The notes beneath the pieces were generated by a model that was not told where the DNA came from, did no database searches, and saw only the letters and a list, made by a program, of their open reading frames with translations. A stretch of DNA of 64,000 nt from an uncultured Actinomycetes bacterium (GTDB taxonomy: Bacteria > Actinomycetota > Coriobacteriia > Anaerosomatales > PHET01), in contig CAVSCA010000004.1 of the NCBI GenBank assembly GCA_963726325.1, positions 8,466-72,465 of the forward strand. Reading direction: 5' to 3'. Both the position numbers and the translations under genes were made by a program. Position 1 is the stretch's first letter; each line of letters starts with the position of its first letter. Below are positions 43,398 to 53,554 of this stretch, piece by piece.

Positions 43398-44492
43398 CTG
43401 ACCCCTGAGGTGGTGCGCGCGCTGTGGGACCTGCGCGACGACGCCGATGCGGTCGTGCCCGTGACCGAGAAGGGCCGCGAGCCGCTGCTGGCTCTGTACC
43501 GCGTCGCGGCGTGCCTGCCGGCCGCTCGCGAGGTGCTCGCTACGGGGCGTCGCCGGCCGGTCGCGGTGTTCTCGAAGGTGACCACCGTCGAGGTGCCGGC
43601 CGACGCGCTTCGCTCGGTCGACCCGGAGTTGCGCTCGCTCATCAACGTGAACACGCCCGCCGACCTGATCGAGGCGCGCGAGACCGCCGAGGGCGAGCCG
43701 CGATACGTACGCGGCGGCGTGAAGCTCGAGGTCGTCGAGGTCTCGAGTCGCCGCTCGACGCGATCGATGCCCTCGGAGATGCCGGTCACGATCCACCTCA
43801 ACGAGCGCGAGATCGCGACGACCCAGGCGACGCCACGCGACCTCGAGGACCTTGCCGCCGGCTTCCTGCTCTCCGAGGGGCTGCTCTCGGACCGCGAGCT
43901 TCTCGGCGATATCGACGTGGACGCCAAGCGCGGCCTCGTCTGGGTGTCCTCCGCCGAGGAAGTGCCCGCCGACATCGCCGAGCGCGCGCGCTACCTGACG
44001 AGCGGTTGCGGGCGCGGCATCACCTTCGCAAGCGTGGGTCACGCGCGCGGACTCGCGCCGGTGACCTCGCAGATGCGCGTGAGCGCCGACGAGCTCTACG
44101 ACCTGATCGGCGACATGGCACGGCGCGCGGAGATGTATCGCGACAGCGGCGGCGTGCACGCGTGCGGTCTGGCGAGGGATGGCAAGCTCGAGATCGTGCG
44201 CGAGGACGTGGGCCGCCACAACGCGCTGGACAAGGTGCTCGGCCGAGCATGGCTCGACCGCATCCCCACCGCCGACGCGATCCTGCTCTCCACCGGCCGG
44301 CTCTCCTACGAGATGACCGTCAAGGCCGCGAAGTCCGCCGTGCCCATCGCGGTGACGCGCAGCGCGGTCACCGACCTGGCCGCCGACATCGCTGACGAGC
44401 TGGGCATCACGCTCGTCGGCTACGCCCGCGGCGGCAAGCTCACCGTCTACACGGCCCCGGAGCGCATCTCCGCATCCGGAGAGGAGGGCTGA
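43074..44492 (+). CDS. Fused molybdenum cofactor guanylyltransferase MobA / formate dehydrogenase sulfurtransferase FdhD
   Basis: VLAGGRSLRMG.DK, GPLGG, DMP, NVNTP followed by E.P..I, TP.DLEDLA.GFL.SEG, TSGCG, GGVH, EDVGRHNALDK. Confidence 0.9.
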   Translation: MSETPDKLPITAAVLAGGRSLRMGVDKTLLDVDGRPLVARVVGAVSEVCEETLVVTNRPEALADAGLPSEVRVVQDEVAYQGPLGGLTTALAAANCEWMLAVAADMPHLTPEVVRALWDLRDDADAVVPVTEKGREPLLALYRVAACLPAAREVLATGRRRPVAVFSKVTTVEVPADALRSVDPELRSLINVNTPADLIEARETAEGEPRYVRGGVKLEVVEVSSRRSTRSMPSEMPVTIHLNEREIATTQATPRDLEDLAAGFLLSEGLLSDRELLGDIDVDAKRGLVWVSSAEEVPADIAERARYLTSGCGRGITFASVGHARGLAPVTSQMRVSADELYDLIGDMARRAEMYRDSGGVHACGLARDGKLEIVREDVGRHNALDKVLGRAWLDRIPTADAILLSTGRLSYEMTVKAAKSAVPIAVTRSAVTDLAADIADELGITLVGYARGGKLTVYTAPERISASGEEG

Positions 44493-44495
44493 CGC

Positions 44496-45752
44496 ATGCC
44501 CGAGACCATGACAGTCGAGCAGGCGCTCGAGCTCGTGCTCGGCTTCGTCGAGCCGCTGCCCGCCGAGCGCGTTCCGCTGCTCGAGGCGCTCGGCCGCGTG
44601 CTTGCCGAGGATGCCGCGAGCGACATCGACGTGGCGCCCTTCGACAACTCGGCGATGGACGGCTTCGCGGTGCGCGCGGCCGACCTCGCGGGTGCGAGCG
44701 AGGCCGCCCCGGGCGAGCTGCACGTGGTCGCGCACATCGCCGCCGGTGACTTCTGGGAGGGCGAGGTCGGGCCGGGCCAGGCCGCACGCATCATGACCGG
44801 CGCTCCGGTCCCGGCCGGCGCCGACTCGGTCGTCATGGTCGAGCGGACGCGCGTCGTGACCGGTGACGGCGGTATCGGCTCCACGGTCGCCTTCGAGATC
44901 GAGCCGCGTCTCGGCGAGCACATCCGGCGCCGCGGCGAAGAGGTGCTCGCGGGCGACGTGGTCGTCTCGGCAGGCGAGGTCATCGGCCCGGCGGGTATCG
45001 GCCTGCTCGCTGCTACCGGTCACGACACCGTGGCCGTCTACCGACGCCCGCGCGTGGCCGTGCTCTCGACCGGCAGCGAGCTCGTGGAGGTCGCCGAGAA
45101 CCCCGGCCCGGGCAAGATCCGCAACTCGAACAGCTACTCGATCGCCGCCCAGGTGATGGCGGCCGGCGGCGTGCCCGTGCGCTACGGCATCGTGCCCGAC
45201 GACATGGAGGCCACGCGTGCGGCGTTCGCGAAGGCTGCCGAGGAGTGCGACTTCATCCTCACGAGCGGGGGCGTCTCGGTAGGCGACTTCGACTTCGTGA
45301 AGCCGGTGCTCGAGGAGATGGGCGAGCTCACGTTCTGCAAGGTCAAGATGCGTCCGGGCAATCCGCAGACGCTGGGCACCATCGCCGGCGTGCCGTTCTT
45401 CGGCCTGCCGGGCAACCCCACGAGCACCTACGTGGGCTTCGAGATCTTCGTTCGTCCTGCACTGCGGCGCATGCAGGGTTCTTCAGCATTGACGCGGCCG
45501 GTCACGGTGGCACGGCTGTCGCACGATGTGAAGAAGAAACAGGACCGGCGCTACTACCTGCGCGGACGCTGCGAGGTGGCGTCGGATGGAAGCGGCTACG
45601 AAGCGACGCTGTCGGGCAGCCAGTCATCGGCGCTGCTCACAGCCGCGCACCGCGGCAACTGCTTCGTGGTACTGCCGGAAGGCGATGGAGTGTTTCCCGC
45701 CGGCACGCAGGTCGACTGCGTGCGGCTCGACATGGAGGAGGGCACCCCGTGA
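44496..45752 (+). CDS. moeA: Molybdopterin molybdenum/tungsten transferase MoeA
   Basis: PFDNSAMDGFA, IMTGAPVP, STGSEL, SGGVSVG, LPGNP. Confidence 0.95.
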   Translation: MPETMTVEQALELVLGFVEPLPAERVPLLEALGRVLAEDAASDIDVAPFDNSAMDGFAVRAADLAGASEAAPGELHVVAHIAAGDFWEGEVGPGQAARIMTGAPVPAGADSVVMVERTRVVTGDGGIGSTVAFEIEPRLGEHIRRRGEEVLAGDVVVSAGEVIGPAGIGLLAATGHDTVAVYRRPRVAVLSTGSELVEVAENPGPGKIRNSNSYSIAAQVMAAGGVPVRYGIVPDDMEATRAAFAKAAEECDFILTSGGVSVGDFDFVKPVLEEMGELTFCKVKMRPGNPQTLGTIAGVPFFGLPGNPTSTYVGFEIFVRPALRRMQGSSALTRPVTVARLSHDVKKKQDRRYYLRGRCEVASDGSGYEATLSGSQSSALLTAAHRGNCFVVLPEGDGVFPAGTQVDCVRLDMEEGTP

Positions 45753-45967
45753 GCGACAAGGGACCCAAGGAACTCGACCCGCGCTGGACCGCGCAGGTCA
45801 CCGACAAGATGATGGACGACATCCGCGCCAAGGCGGTCGACGACAAGGTCACCTGCCCCGTGCTGCGCAAGTACGCCGAGGACTCGGGCGTGCCGTACAA
45901 GGTAGCGGGCGCCGCGGCCGACATGGCGGGCGTTCGCGTACACAACTGCGACCTCGGCTGCTTCTAG
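45749..45967 (+). CDS. Small hypothetical protein ending CDLGCF
   Basis: 72-aa ORF, GTG overlaps the moeA stop; three Cys. Confidence 0.7.
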   Translation: MSDKGPKELDPRWTAQVTDKMMDDIRAKAVDDKVTCPVLRKYAEDSGVPYKVAGAAADMAGVRVHNCDLGCF

Positions 45968-45997
45968 GAGCGCCGTGAGACTCAGGGTGGGGTAGGG

Positions 45998-46583
45998 ATG
46001 ACGGACGCACCAAACACGGTGCCGATCGTCTCGGTGGTAGGGAAGGGCGACTCCGGCAAGACGACCTTTCTCGAGAAGCTGATACGCGAGCTTGCCGACC
46101 GAGGCATTCGCGTGGCGACGGTCAAGCACCACATACACGACTACGACATCGACGTCCCCGGCAAGGACTCGTATCGCCACGCGCGCGCCGGTGCCTTCGC
46201 GACGATGGTCTCCTCGCCCGAGAAGTTCGCGATGATCCACGAGGTCGCCGAGGAGATGCCGCTCGACACGATCGCGCGCGTCGCGCACGACACTGGCGCC
46301 GACCTTCTGATCACCGAGGGCTACAAGCACGCAGGCCGTAACCGCATCGAAGTCTCGCGCCGCGAGCGTTCCGACGCGCTGATCTGCGCGCCCGACGAGA
46401 TGCTCGCGCTCGTGACCGACAACGCGGCTCTGGCCGAGCAGATATCGGCCGCCGGCGTGCCGGTCTTCGACCTCGAACGATGGCTTCGCGCGGCGTGGCC
46501 GACCTCGTCGTCGAGCGGTTCCTGGGCGGAGCGGGCCGGACCCCCGGCCACGCTCGACGCGGGGAGGCCCCGATGGCGACTGA
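45998..46583 (+). CDS. mobB: Molybdopterin-guanine dinucleotide biosynthesis protein MobB (3' end uncertain)
   Basis: VGKGDSGKTT, VKHHIH, GKDS, EGYK. Confidence 0.9.
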
Positions 46584-47601
46584 CGCGCACGGCCGCCGCA
46601 TCGACTACCTGCGGATCATCGCTCACCGACCGCTGCAACCTGCGCTGCGTCTACTGCATGCCGCCCGACGGCGTGTCGTGGAAGGACCCGTCCGAGATCC
46701 TCAGCTACGAGGAGATCGAGCGCTTCACCCGCATCGCCGTGCAGGAGGGCATCGGCAAGATCCGGCTGACCGGCGGCGAGCCGCTGGTGCGCAAGGGCGT
46801 CGCCGAGCTCGTGCGCGCGCTGCGACACGACATCGGCGTCGAGAGCGTCGCGCTCACCACCAACGCCACGCTGCTGCCGCGCTACGCCCGCGAGCTGCAC
46901 GACGCCGGGCTCGAGCGCATCAACGTGAGCCTCGACTCGCTCGACGCCGAGGAGTACGCGCGCATCACCCGCGGCGGGAAGCTCGAGGACGCGCTCGCCG
47001 GGCTCGACGCCGCCTTCGAGGTGGGCTTCGATCCCGGTCAAGCTCAACGTCGTCGTGGTCCGCTCGCTCAGAGCAGGACCTGCTCGGCTTCGCGAAGATG
47101 ACGCTGGAGCGGCCGCTGCACGTGCGCTTCATCGAGTACATGCCGGTGGGCGAGGCCGAGGAGGGCGCGGGCTGCACCTCCGAGATCGCCGGGATGGACC
47201 CGCGAGGACTCGGTGCCCAGCGAAGAGGTGCTCGAGCGCCTCTCGGCCGAGGGCGTCTCGGCGGGGCTCGGCGAGCTGCTGCCGGTGGTGCAGAGAAGAC
47301 GCACCCGGCGGCTGGGGTCCCGCGCGCTACTACCGCTTCGCCGAGTGCGAAGGGCACGATCGGCGTCATCTCGCCGCTGTCGCACCACTTCTGCGCCGAG
47401 TGCAACCGGCTGCGCCTGACCGCGGACGGGCGGCTGCGCCCGTGTCTGTTCAGCGACAACGAGCTCGACGTGCGCACCGTGCTTCGCACCGGCACCGACG
47501 AGGACGTCCGCGCCGTCGTCCGCGAGGCGCTGCGCATCAAGCCTGAGAACCACGCCGAGCGGGTAGGCACCTCTCGGCGCATGTCACAGATCGGGGGCTA
47601 G
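46573..47601 (+). CDS. moaA: GTP 3',8-cyclase (frameshifted)
   Basis: DRCNLRCVYCMP, LTGGEP, FCAECNRLR...PCL, C-terminal MSQIGG. Confidence 0.95.
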   Translation: MATDAHGRRIDYLRIIAHRPLQPALRLLHAARRRVVEGPVRDPQLRGDRALHPHRRAGGHRQDPADRRRAAGAQGRRRARARAATRHRRRERRAHHQRHAAAALRPRAARRRARAHQREPRLARRRGVRAHHPRREARGRARRARRRLRGGLRSRSSSTSSWSARSEQDLLGFAKMTLERPLHVRFIEYMPVGEAEEGAGCTSEIAGMDPRGLGAQRRGARAPLGRGRLGGARRAAAGGAEKTHPAAGVPRATTASPSAKGTIGVISPLSHHFCAECNRLRLTADGRLRPCLFSDNELDVRTVLRTGTDEDVRAVVREALRIKPENHAERVGTSRRMSQIGG

Positions 47602-47603
47602 CG

Positions 47604-48103
47604 ATGGCCGACGAACTCACCCACCTCGACGCGCAGGGGCACGCCCACATGGTGGACGTGGCCGGCAAGCCGGTCACGCACCGCCGGGCGGTCGCCGAGG
47701 CGTTCGTCGAGATGAAGCGCGACGACGCTCGACCTGATCGTGAGCGGCTCCGCGCCCAAGGGCGACGTGCTCGCCGCCGCGCGCATCGCGGGCATCATGG
47801 CCGCCAAGCGCACGAGCGAGATCATCCCGCTGTGCCACCCGCTGTCGCTCACGCACGTGGGCGTCGAACTCGAGGCCTCCGAGCGACTCGGCCCGGCCCG
47901 GCATCGCGATCACCGCGACCGCCGAGACCGACGGCAAGACCGGCGTCGAGATGGAGGCGCTCACGGCCGCCTCTGCAGCGGCGCTCACCATCTACGACAT
48001 GTGCAAGGCCGTCGACCGGGGCATGGCGATCACCGATGTCCGCCTGTCTCGCAAGGAAGGCGGCGCGTCCGGCACGTGGACGCGAGAGGAGGCATCCGAA
48101 TGA
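47604..48103 (+). CDS. moaC: Cyclic pyranopterin monophosphate synthase (frameshifted)
   Basis: [34 protein letters not shown]. Confidence 0.93.
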
Positions 48104-48668
48104 CAGACGCAACCGCGGGCGGATCGGCCGCGTGGTCTCCGTGAACCTCTCGGAGCGCAAGACGATGCGCAAGCAGCGCTTCGACCGGGGCACCCTCGTG
48201 CTCGACCGCGGCTTCGCGGACGACGCGCACGCCGGCGACTGGCACCGCCAGGTCTCGCTGCTCGCGCAGGAGTCGATCGACGAGATGATCGCCAAGGGTC
48301 TCGACGTGGGCCCCGGCGACTTCGCCGAGAACATCACCACCGAGGGCGTCGACGTGATGACGCTGCCGGTGGGCTCGATCGTGCACGTGGGCGACGAGGT
48401 CGTGCTCGAGATCAGCCAGATCGGCAAGGTGTGCCACAACAAGTGCGCGATCTACTACCAGGCCGGCGACTGCGTGATGCCGCGCGAGGGCGTGTTCGCC
48501 GTGGTTCGGCAGGCCGGCGACGTGGCGGTGGGAGACACCGTCGAGATCGTCTCGCTGGGCGACGGCACGTGCGAGCGCTCGCCCGAGGACTCGCTGGCCG
48601 AGTCCGAGTCGGTGCGCGCCGCGAACGAGTGCCGCAAGCTCGAGAAGGCGGGGAGCGTCGATGGCTGA
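48100..48668 (+). CDS. MOSC domain protein
   Basis: [35 protein letters not shown]...GDCVMPREG. Confidence 0.9.
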
Positions 48669-49135
48669 GCTGCGCATCGGGGTGCTGACCTGCTCGGACA
48701 CGCGCAAGGAGGCGCAGGACACCGCCGGGCGCGCGCTGGCGGAGCTCATCGCCGAGCGCGGCTGGACGGTCGAGGCCTACGAGGTCTGCCCGGACGAGTG
48801 CGGCACGATCGAGGCCTGCGATCGTCGCGATGGCCGAGGCCGGCGTCGACGTCGTGCTCACGTGCGGCGGTACCGGGCTGGGCCCGCGCGACGTCACGCC
48901 CGAGGCGACACTGGCCGTGTGCGATCGCCAGGTCCCCGGTATCGCCGAGCACATGCGCGCCGAGTCGCTCAAGGTCACCGGCCGCGCGATGCTCTCGCGC
49001 GCGACGGCGGCAGCGCGCGGGCGAACGCTCGTGGTGAACCTGCCCGGTTCCGAGAAGGCCGCGCGCGAGTGCTTCGGCTTCGTCGCCGACCAGTTCGAGC
49101 ACGCCGTCGAGATGATGCGCGGCGGGGGTCACTAG
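48661..49135 (+). CDS. mog: MogA/MoaB family molybdopterin adenylyltransferase
   Basis: LTCSD, GGTGLGPRDVTPEAT, AMLSR, VNLPGS. Confidence 0.9.
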
Positions 49136-49139
49136 CCGC

Positions 49140-50362
49140 ATGGCGGACACTCCCCACACCGGCACTCCGGACAGCGGCACCCACGCGGCGCGTACGGTCT
49201 ACTTCGACCACGCCGCGACGTCGTGGCCCAAGGCGCCCGGTGTCGCCGACGCGATGACCCACGCGCTCGCCGAACTGGGTGGCAACCCGGGGCGTGGCGC
49301 GTACCGCATGGCGGTCGACACGGAGCGGGCCATCAACGGCGTGCGCCGGGACGCGGCCGCATTCCTCGGCGTGGCCGAGTCGAAGAACCTGCTCTTCCAG
49401 CCGGGCTGCACGCAGGCGCTCAACCTCGCGCTGTTCGGGCTGATCGCGGCGGGAGACCGCGTGGTCGCGTGCCCGACCGAGCACAACGCCGTCGCGCGTC
49501 CTCTCAACGTGCTGTCGCAGCGCGGCGTCGAGGTGGTGCTCGCCGAGGCCGACGACGCCGGCTTCGTCGATCTCGAGTCGGTGGAGGCGCTCGTCGCCGA
49601 GGCTCCGACGCGCGCGGTCGTCTGCCAGCACGCGGGCAACGTCACCGGCGCCATCCAGCCCGTCGCCGACCTCGCCGACATCGCGCACGAGCACGGCGCG
49701 CTCGATGATCGTCGACGGCGCGCAGGCCGGCGGCCACCTGCCGGTCGATCTCGCGACGCTGTCGGTCGACGTCTGGGCGTGCTCGGGGCACAAGGGGCTG
49801 CTCGGCCCGCAGGGCGTGGGGCTGCTCTACCTCGCGTCCGGCGTGTGAGCCCGACGAGCTCGTCTTCGGCGGCACCGGCCAGGGTGAGAGCGAGCTGCCG
49901 ATCGGCCCCAAGCATCGCCCCGACCGCTACGAGGCGGGTACGCCCAACGTGCCCGGGATCGTGGGTCTGGGCGCGGCGGTAGGCTGGCTTGCCGACAACG
50001 CAGACGCGCAGCGCGCGCACGAGGCGGCACTGATGCGACGGCTGCTCGACGGCATCGCCTCACTGCCCGGATACCGTATGCTGGGACCCGGGCCCGAGGA
50101 GCCGCGCGTGCCGGTCGTTTCGGTCGTGCACGACGTAGCGCCTGCCGAGCAGCTCGCCTTCGCGCTCGATCGCCGCTATGGAGTTGCTGTGCGTTCGGGG
50201 CTGCACTGCGCCCCTTGGGCACATCGTTCGCTCGGAACCCTCGAGTCCGGCGCGCTGCGACTGAGCGTCGGCTACGGGCTGACCGAGGCCGACGTCGATC
50301 TCGCGGTCGAGGCGCTGGGTGTTCTCGGCAGGGAGTTCTCTCGCTCCGAGCAGGGGCGATAG
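49140..50362 (+). CDS. Cysteine desulfurase/selenocysteine lyase family (aminotransferase class V), frameshifted
   Basis: YFDHAATSWPK, EHNAV, DGAQ, SGHKGLLGPQG, YEAGTPN, RSGLHCAP. Confidence 0.9.
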
Positions 50363-50472
50363 GTGTGGTGCGCGTGCGAGCCTGAGCTATGGAATGAACG
50401 TCCGAAGGCTCGCAGACTGAATCAGGGCGTCGAGCCGGTCAAGGCAACCTCGGCGCCCGAAGTAAGGGAGAT

Positions 50473-51490
50473 GTGAGCTTGCTGAAGCGACTCGGGCCCC
50501 TGGAGTGGGCCATCGTCGTCGTGGGCATCGCGGTCGCTCGGCCTGACGGCCTACCTCGGCTACTCGGTGTGGGCCAACAACGCCGCGGTCAGGGCGAGCT
50601 CGCCCGCCTCGCGCGAGATCGACGCGCTCATCGCGGCGCTGCGCAAGACGCCCAACAACATCGATGCGCGCATGCGGCTCGCGCAGGCGCTTGCCGTGGC
50701 CGGTCGCGACGACGAGGCGGTCGAGCAGTACCAACAGGTGCTGAAGCTCAACAAGAAGTTCGTGCCCGCGCTCTCGGGGCTGGGCTTCGTCTTGCTCAAG
50801 CAGAAGGAGTGGGAGAAGGGCGAGACGTACTTCAAGCGCGTGATCGAGTTGACCGAAGACACTGCGGCGTCAGCCACGGGCACGCGCGGCAGCTCGCTCG
50901 AGACAGCCAACTACTACACGGGCATCGCGCTGCTCGAGCAGAAGAAGTACGAGGAAGCGGTGGCCTACCTGAAGGAGGCGCTGCGACTGCGCCGCGACGC
51001 CTCTGACACGAGCTACGCGCTATCGGTCGCGTATGCGAAGCTCGACATCAAGGACGGGCAGCGCGACATGCTCGAGTACACGCTGCAGTTCGACCCCAAG
51101 ATGCCCGAGGCCAACTACGACTATGGGCCTGCTGCTTCTGGCCAGCGGAGATGTCGCGGGCGCCGCCGAGCACTTCCGGACGGCGGCCGACGAGGCCCCG
51201 TACAAGCCCGAACCGCGAGACCAGCTCGAGAAGCTCGGCACGGCGAGTGCGCGACTCGCCAAGGCCAAGGCACTCGAGAAGAAGGACGCCGAAGGCCGCG
51301 CTGATTGAGGCGCGTGTCGCGGCCGCGCTCGATCCGAAGGACGTGGAGTCGCTGGCGTTCGCTGGCCAGGCTCTACGAGTCGGCGAAGAAGCGCGAGGAG
51401 GCCGCCGAGTTCTACCGGCGTATCCTCGTGATCGATCCCGAGAACGCGGCCGCGACCGCCGGACTGAAGCGGGTGACTGATGGCTCCTGA
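50473..51490 (+). CDS. Membrane-anchored tetratricopeptide repeat protein (frameshifted)
   Basis: N-terminal TM helix, multiple TPR-like helix pairs. Confidence 0.82.
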
Positions 51491-53057
51491 CGAGACTCCA
51501 GTCGTTGACGGGGACGTCCGGCCCGACGAGCCCGCCGGCAGGCCCGCTGACCGCAGGCCCCTCGGGCAATCCCAGACAACTCACGCCGCGCGAACGCCGC
51601 CGCAGGATCATCCTGCTCGCGATCCTGATCGCGCTGCTTCTCTTGCTCTCCTACCTCACCTACTACTACGTGCAGAACCGCCGTCTCCCGACGATGAACC
51701 TGGCGCCGGCTGCGAGCGACTACGTCCAGCCGCCGCGCTACCTGTACTCGATCTCGGGCACCGGCGCTTCCGAGCTCAACCGACCGGTCGGTGTGGGCGT
51801 GGCCGAGGACGGTCGCGTCTACGTGGTGGACTTCGGCAATCGGCGGGTCAACGTCTTCACCAACCGGGGACGCTACCTCTTCTCGTTCAACAAGACGTCC
51901 GAGGGCGATCTGGTCAACCCCGTGCACCTTGCGGTCAAGGGCAACGAGGTCTGGGTCTCGGACCGCCGCTATCGGACCATCTTCATCTTCGATCTCGAGG
52001 GCAAGTACCTGCGCAAGTACGAGCCCGAAGGCGGCAAGGACTTCGACGTGGACCCCGCTCGCGTTCTCGTTCGACACCACCGGTGCGCTGCGTGCCACCG
52101 ACGTGGGTGAGACCGACAAGCACCGCCTGCTCTACTTCTCGGTGGACGGGAGCCTCACCGCTTCGGTGGGCAAGACAGGCCAAGCGCTCACGCTGTCGGA
52201 GAACCCCGGCGACTTCCTGTTCCCCAACGGCGTTGCCGTCGCCAAGAACGGTGATGTCTACGTCTCGGACGGCGACAACCGCCGCGTCCAGGTCTTCGAC
52301 TCGAACGCGGCGTTCGTGCGCTTCGTCGACACGAGCGGCGTGCCCCGCGGCATCGCCATCGATGAGAAGCAACGCCTGTACGTGGCCGACGCGCTCGCGC
52401 ACACGATCGACGTGTACGCGCTCAAGGGCACGCGGCTGACCGAGTTCGGCGAGCGAGGCTTCGGGCCCGGGCAGTTCAACTATCCCAACGACATCGCGAT
52501 CGACCGTCGCGGCCGCATCTACATCACCGACCGCGAGAACGACCAAGTCCAGGTGTGGGGTTGGCCGGTGGCCGAACCGCCGGCGGTCGGCGCTATCGCG
52601 TCGCAGTTCTCGCCGTGGTGCCTGCTGCCGCTTGCTGCTGCTCCCGCTGTTGCTGCTGCTCAGGCGCAAGGTCCGCATCGTCGTGACGCCGGAGTTCGTC
52701 GCCGCGCTGGAGCGATTCGAGGAGATAGCGGCGGTCGCCGAGCACAAGCGGCTCAAGCTCGTCGCCCCGATCGAGGACCGCGCGGTCTACGAGGGCCGTG
52801 AGGTCGAGGGCGTCATGCTCACCGAGCTGCTCACGTTCGAGGAGTACTCGGAGTCCGACGCGCAGTCACTCGTCGATCGCTACCGGATCGAGGAGAGCGT
52901 GGCGGCGCTGCTCGCGTTGGCGCTGCGCGCGAAGGCGCTTGGTACCGACGACAACGACCTGCGCCTCGTGGCGATGCTCGCTGAGATCCGGACGGTGGAC
53001 GTCCAGGAGTTCCGCGAGCTCTACCTTAGGCGAGATAACGCAAGGTCAGATGGCTAG
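51480..53057 (+). CDS. Membrane-anchored NHL-repeat beta-propeller protein (frameshifted)
   Basis: TM helix; repeats LNRPVGV...VYVVDFGNRRV, FPNGVAV...VYVSDGDNRRVQVF, FNYPNDIAID...YITDRENDQVQV; second TM and C-terminal domain. Confidence 0.85.
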
Positions 53058-53066
53058 AAATCCCAG

Positions 53067-53095
53067 TTGACCTTGATACCCTTCGGGTATACATT
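53067..53095 (+). promoter_or_regulatory. Sigma70 promoter of the fdh operon with a palindrome in the spacer
   Basis: TTGACC-N17-TACATT; ATACCC-TTC-GGGTAT. Confidence 0.7.
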
Positions 53096-53185
53096 TTGCA
53101 GTGTGGAGCCAGTAGCATTCTACGCTGGCTAGCCAAGGCCCGGACAGCCTGAAGCGAACCGCACTTGAAAGCGTGAGACAAACGA

Positions 53186-53284
53186 TCTCCGAGCCCTCCG
53201 GCCTAGGGCGCGCGCAAGCGCGTGACGGCCTTTGGGCCGCTGGGTGTCGAGGGAAACATCGGCGCCTCCCGTTTGGAAAGGAGA
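53186..53284 (+). ncRNA. Moco RNA motif riboswitch (P3-less, Tuco-type) in the fdh leader
   Basis: TCTCCGAGC...CCTAGG...ACGG...GGGT...GGAAAC...GCCTCCCGTTTGGAAAGGAGA. Confidence 0.87.
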
Positions 53285-53554
53285 CCACTGTGCCAAGGCC
53301 CCACGATGGGTGCCTCGGCGTGTGGCGCGCTTTCTAGACGGGTAAGGGTGGCTCGGATCATGAGACGAAACTGGATCGGCCCGTACGGGAGCCTTGAGCA
53401 CCCCTGCGCGCCGATTCTTTGTTTTTGTTCTCCCGAGCGCACGGACGGGTTGCGGGAAGGAGGCGTGAGCGCGCACTAGGCGAGCAACCGTCACCCACGC
53501 AAGGGAGCTTGAGTCTTATTCACGAACCACATTCCGAGAGAAAGGAATGGAGGT

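Noticed and set aside
45998..47601. MobB-MoaA fusion
   Set aside because: moaA has its own GGGGAGG RBS and ATG at 46573; the read-through depends on an indel-rich stretch
53150..53215. Resemblance to a c-di-GMP-I (GEMM) riboswitch (GCGAACC...GAAAG...GAGAC, CCTCCGGCCTA)
   Set aside because: The shared part is the tetraloop-receptor element, which is fully explained by the Moco motif with its own P1/P4/P5; the upstream hairpin pairs weakly. An Infernal search would settle it.
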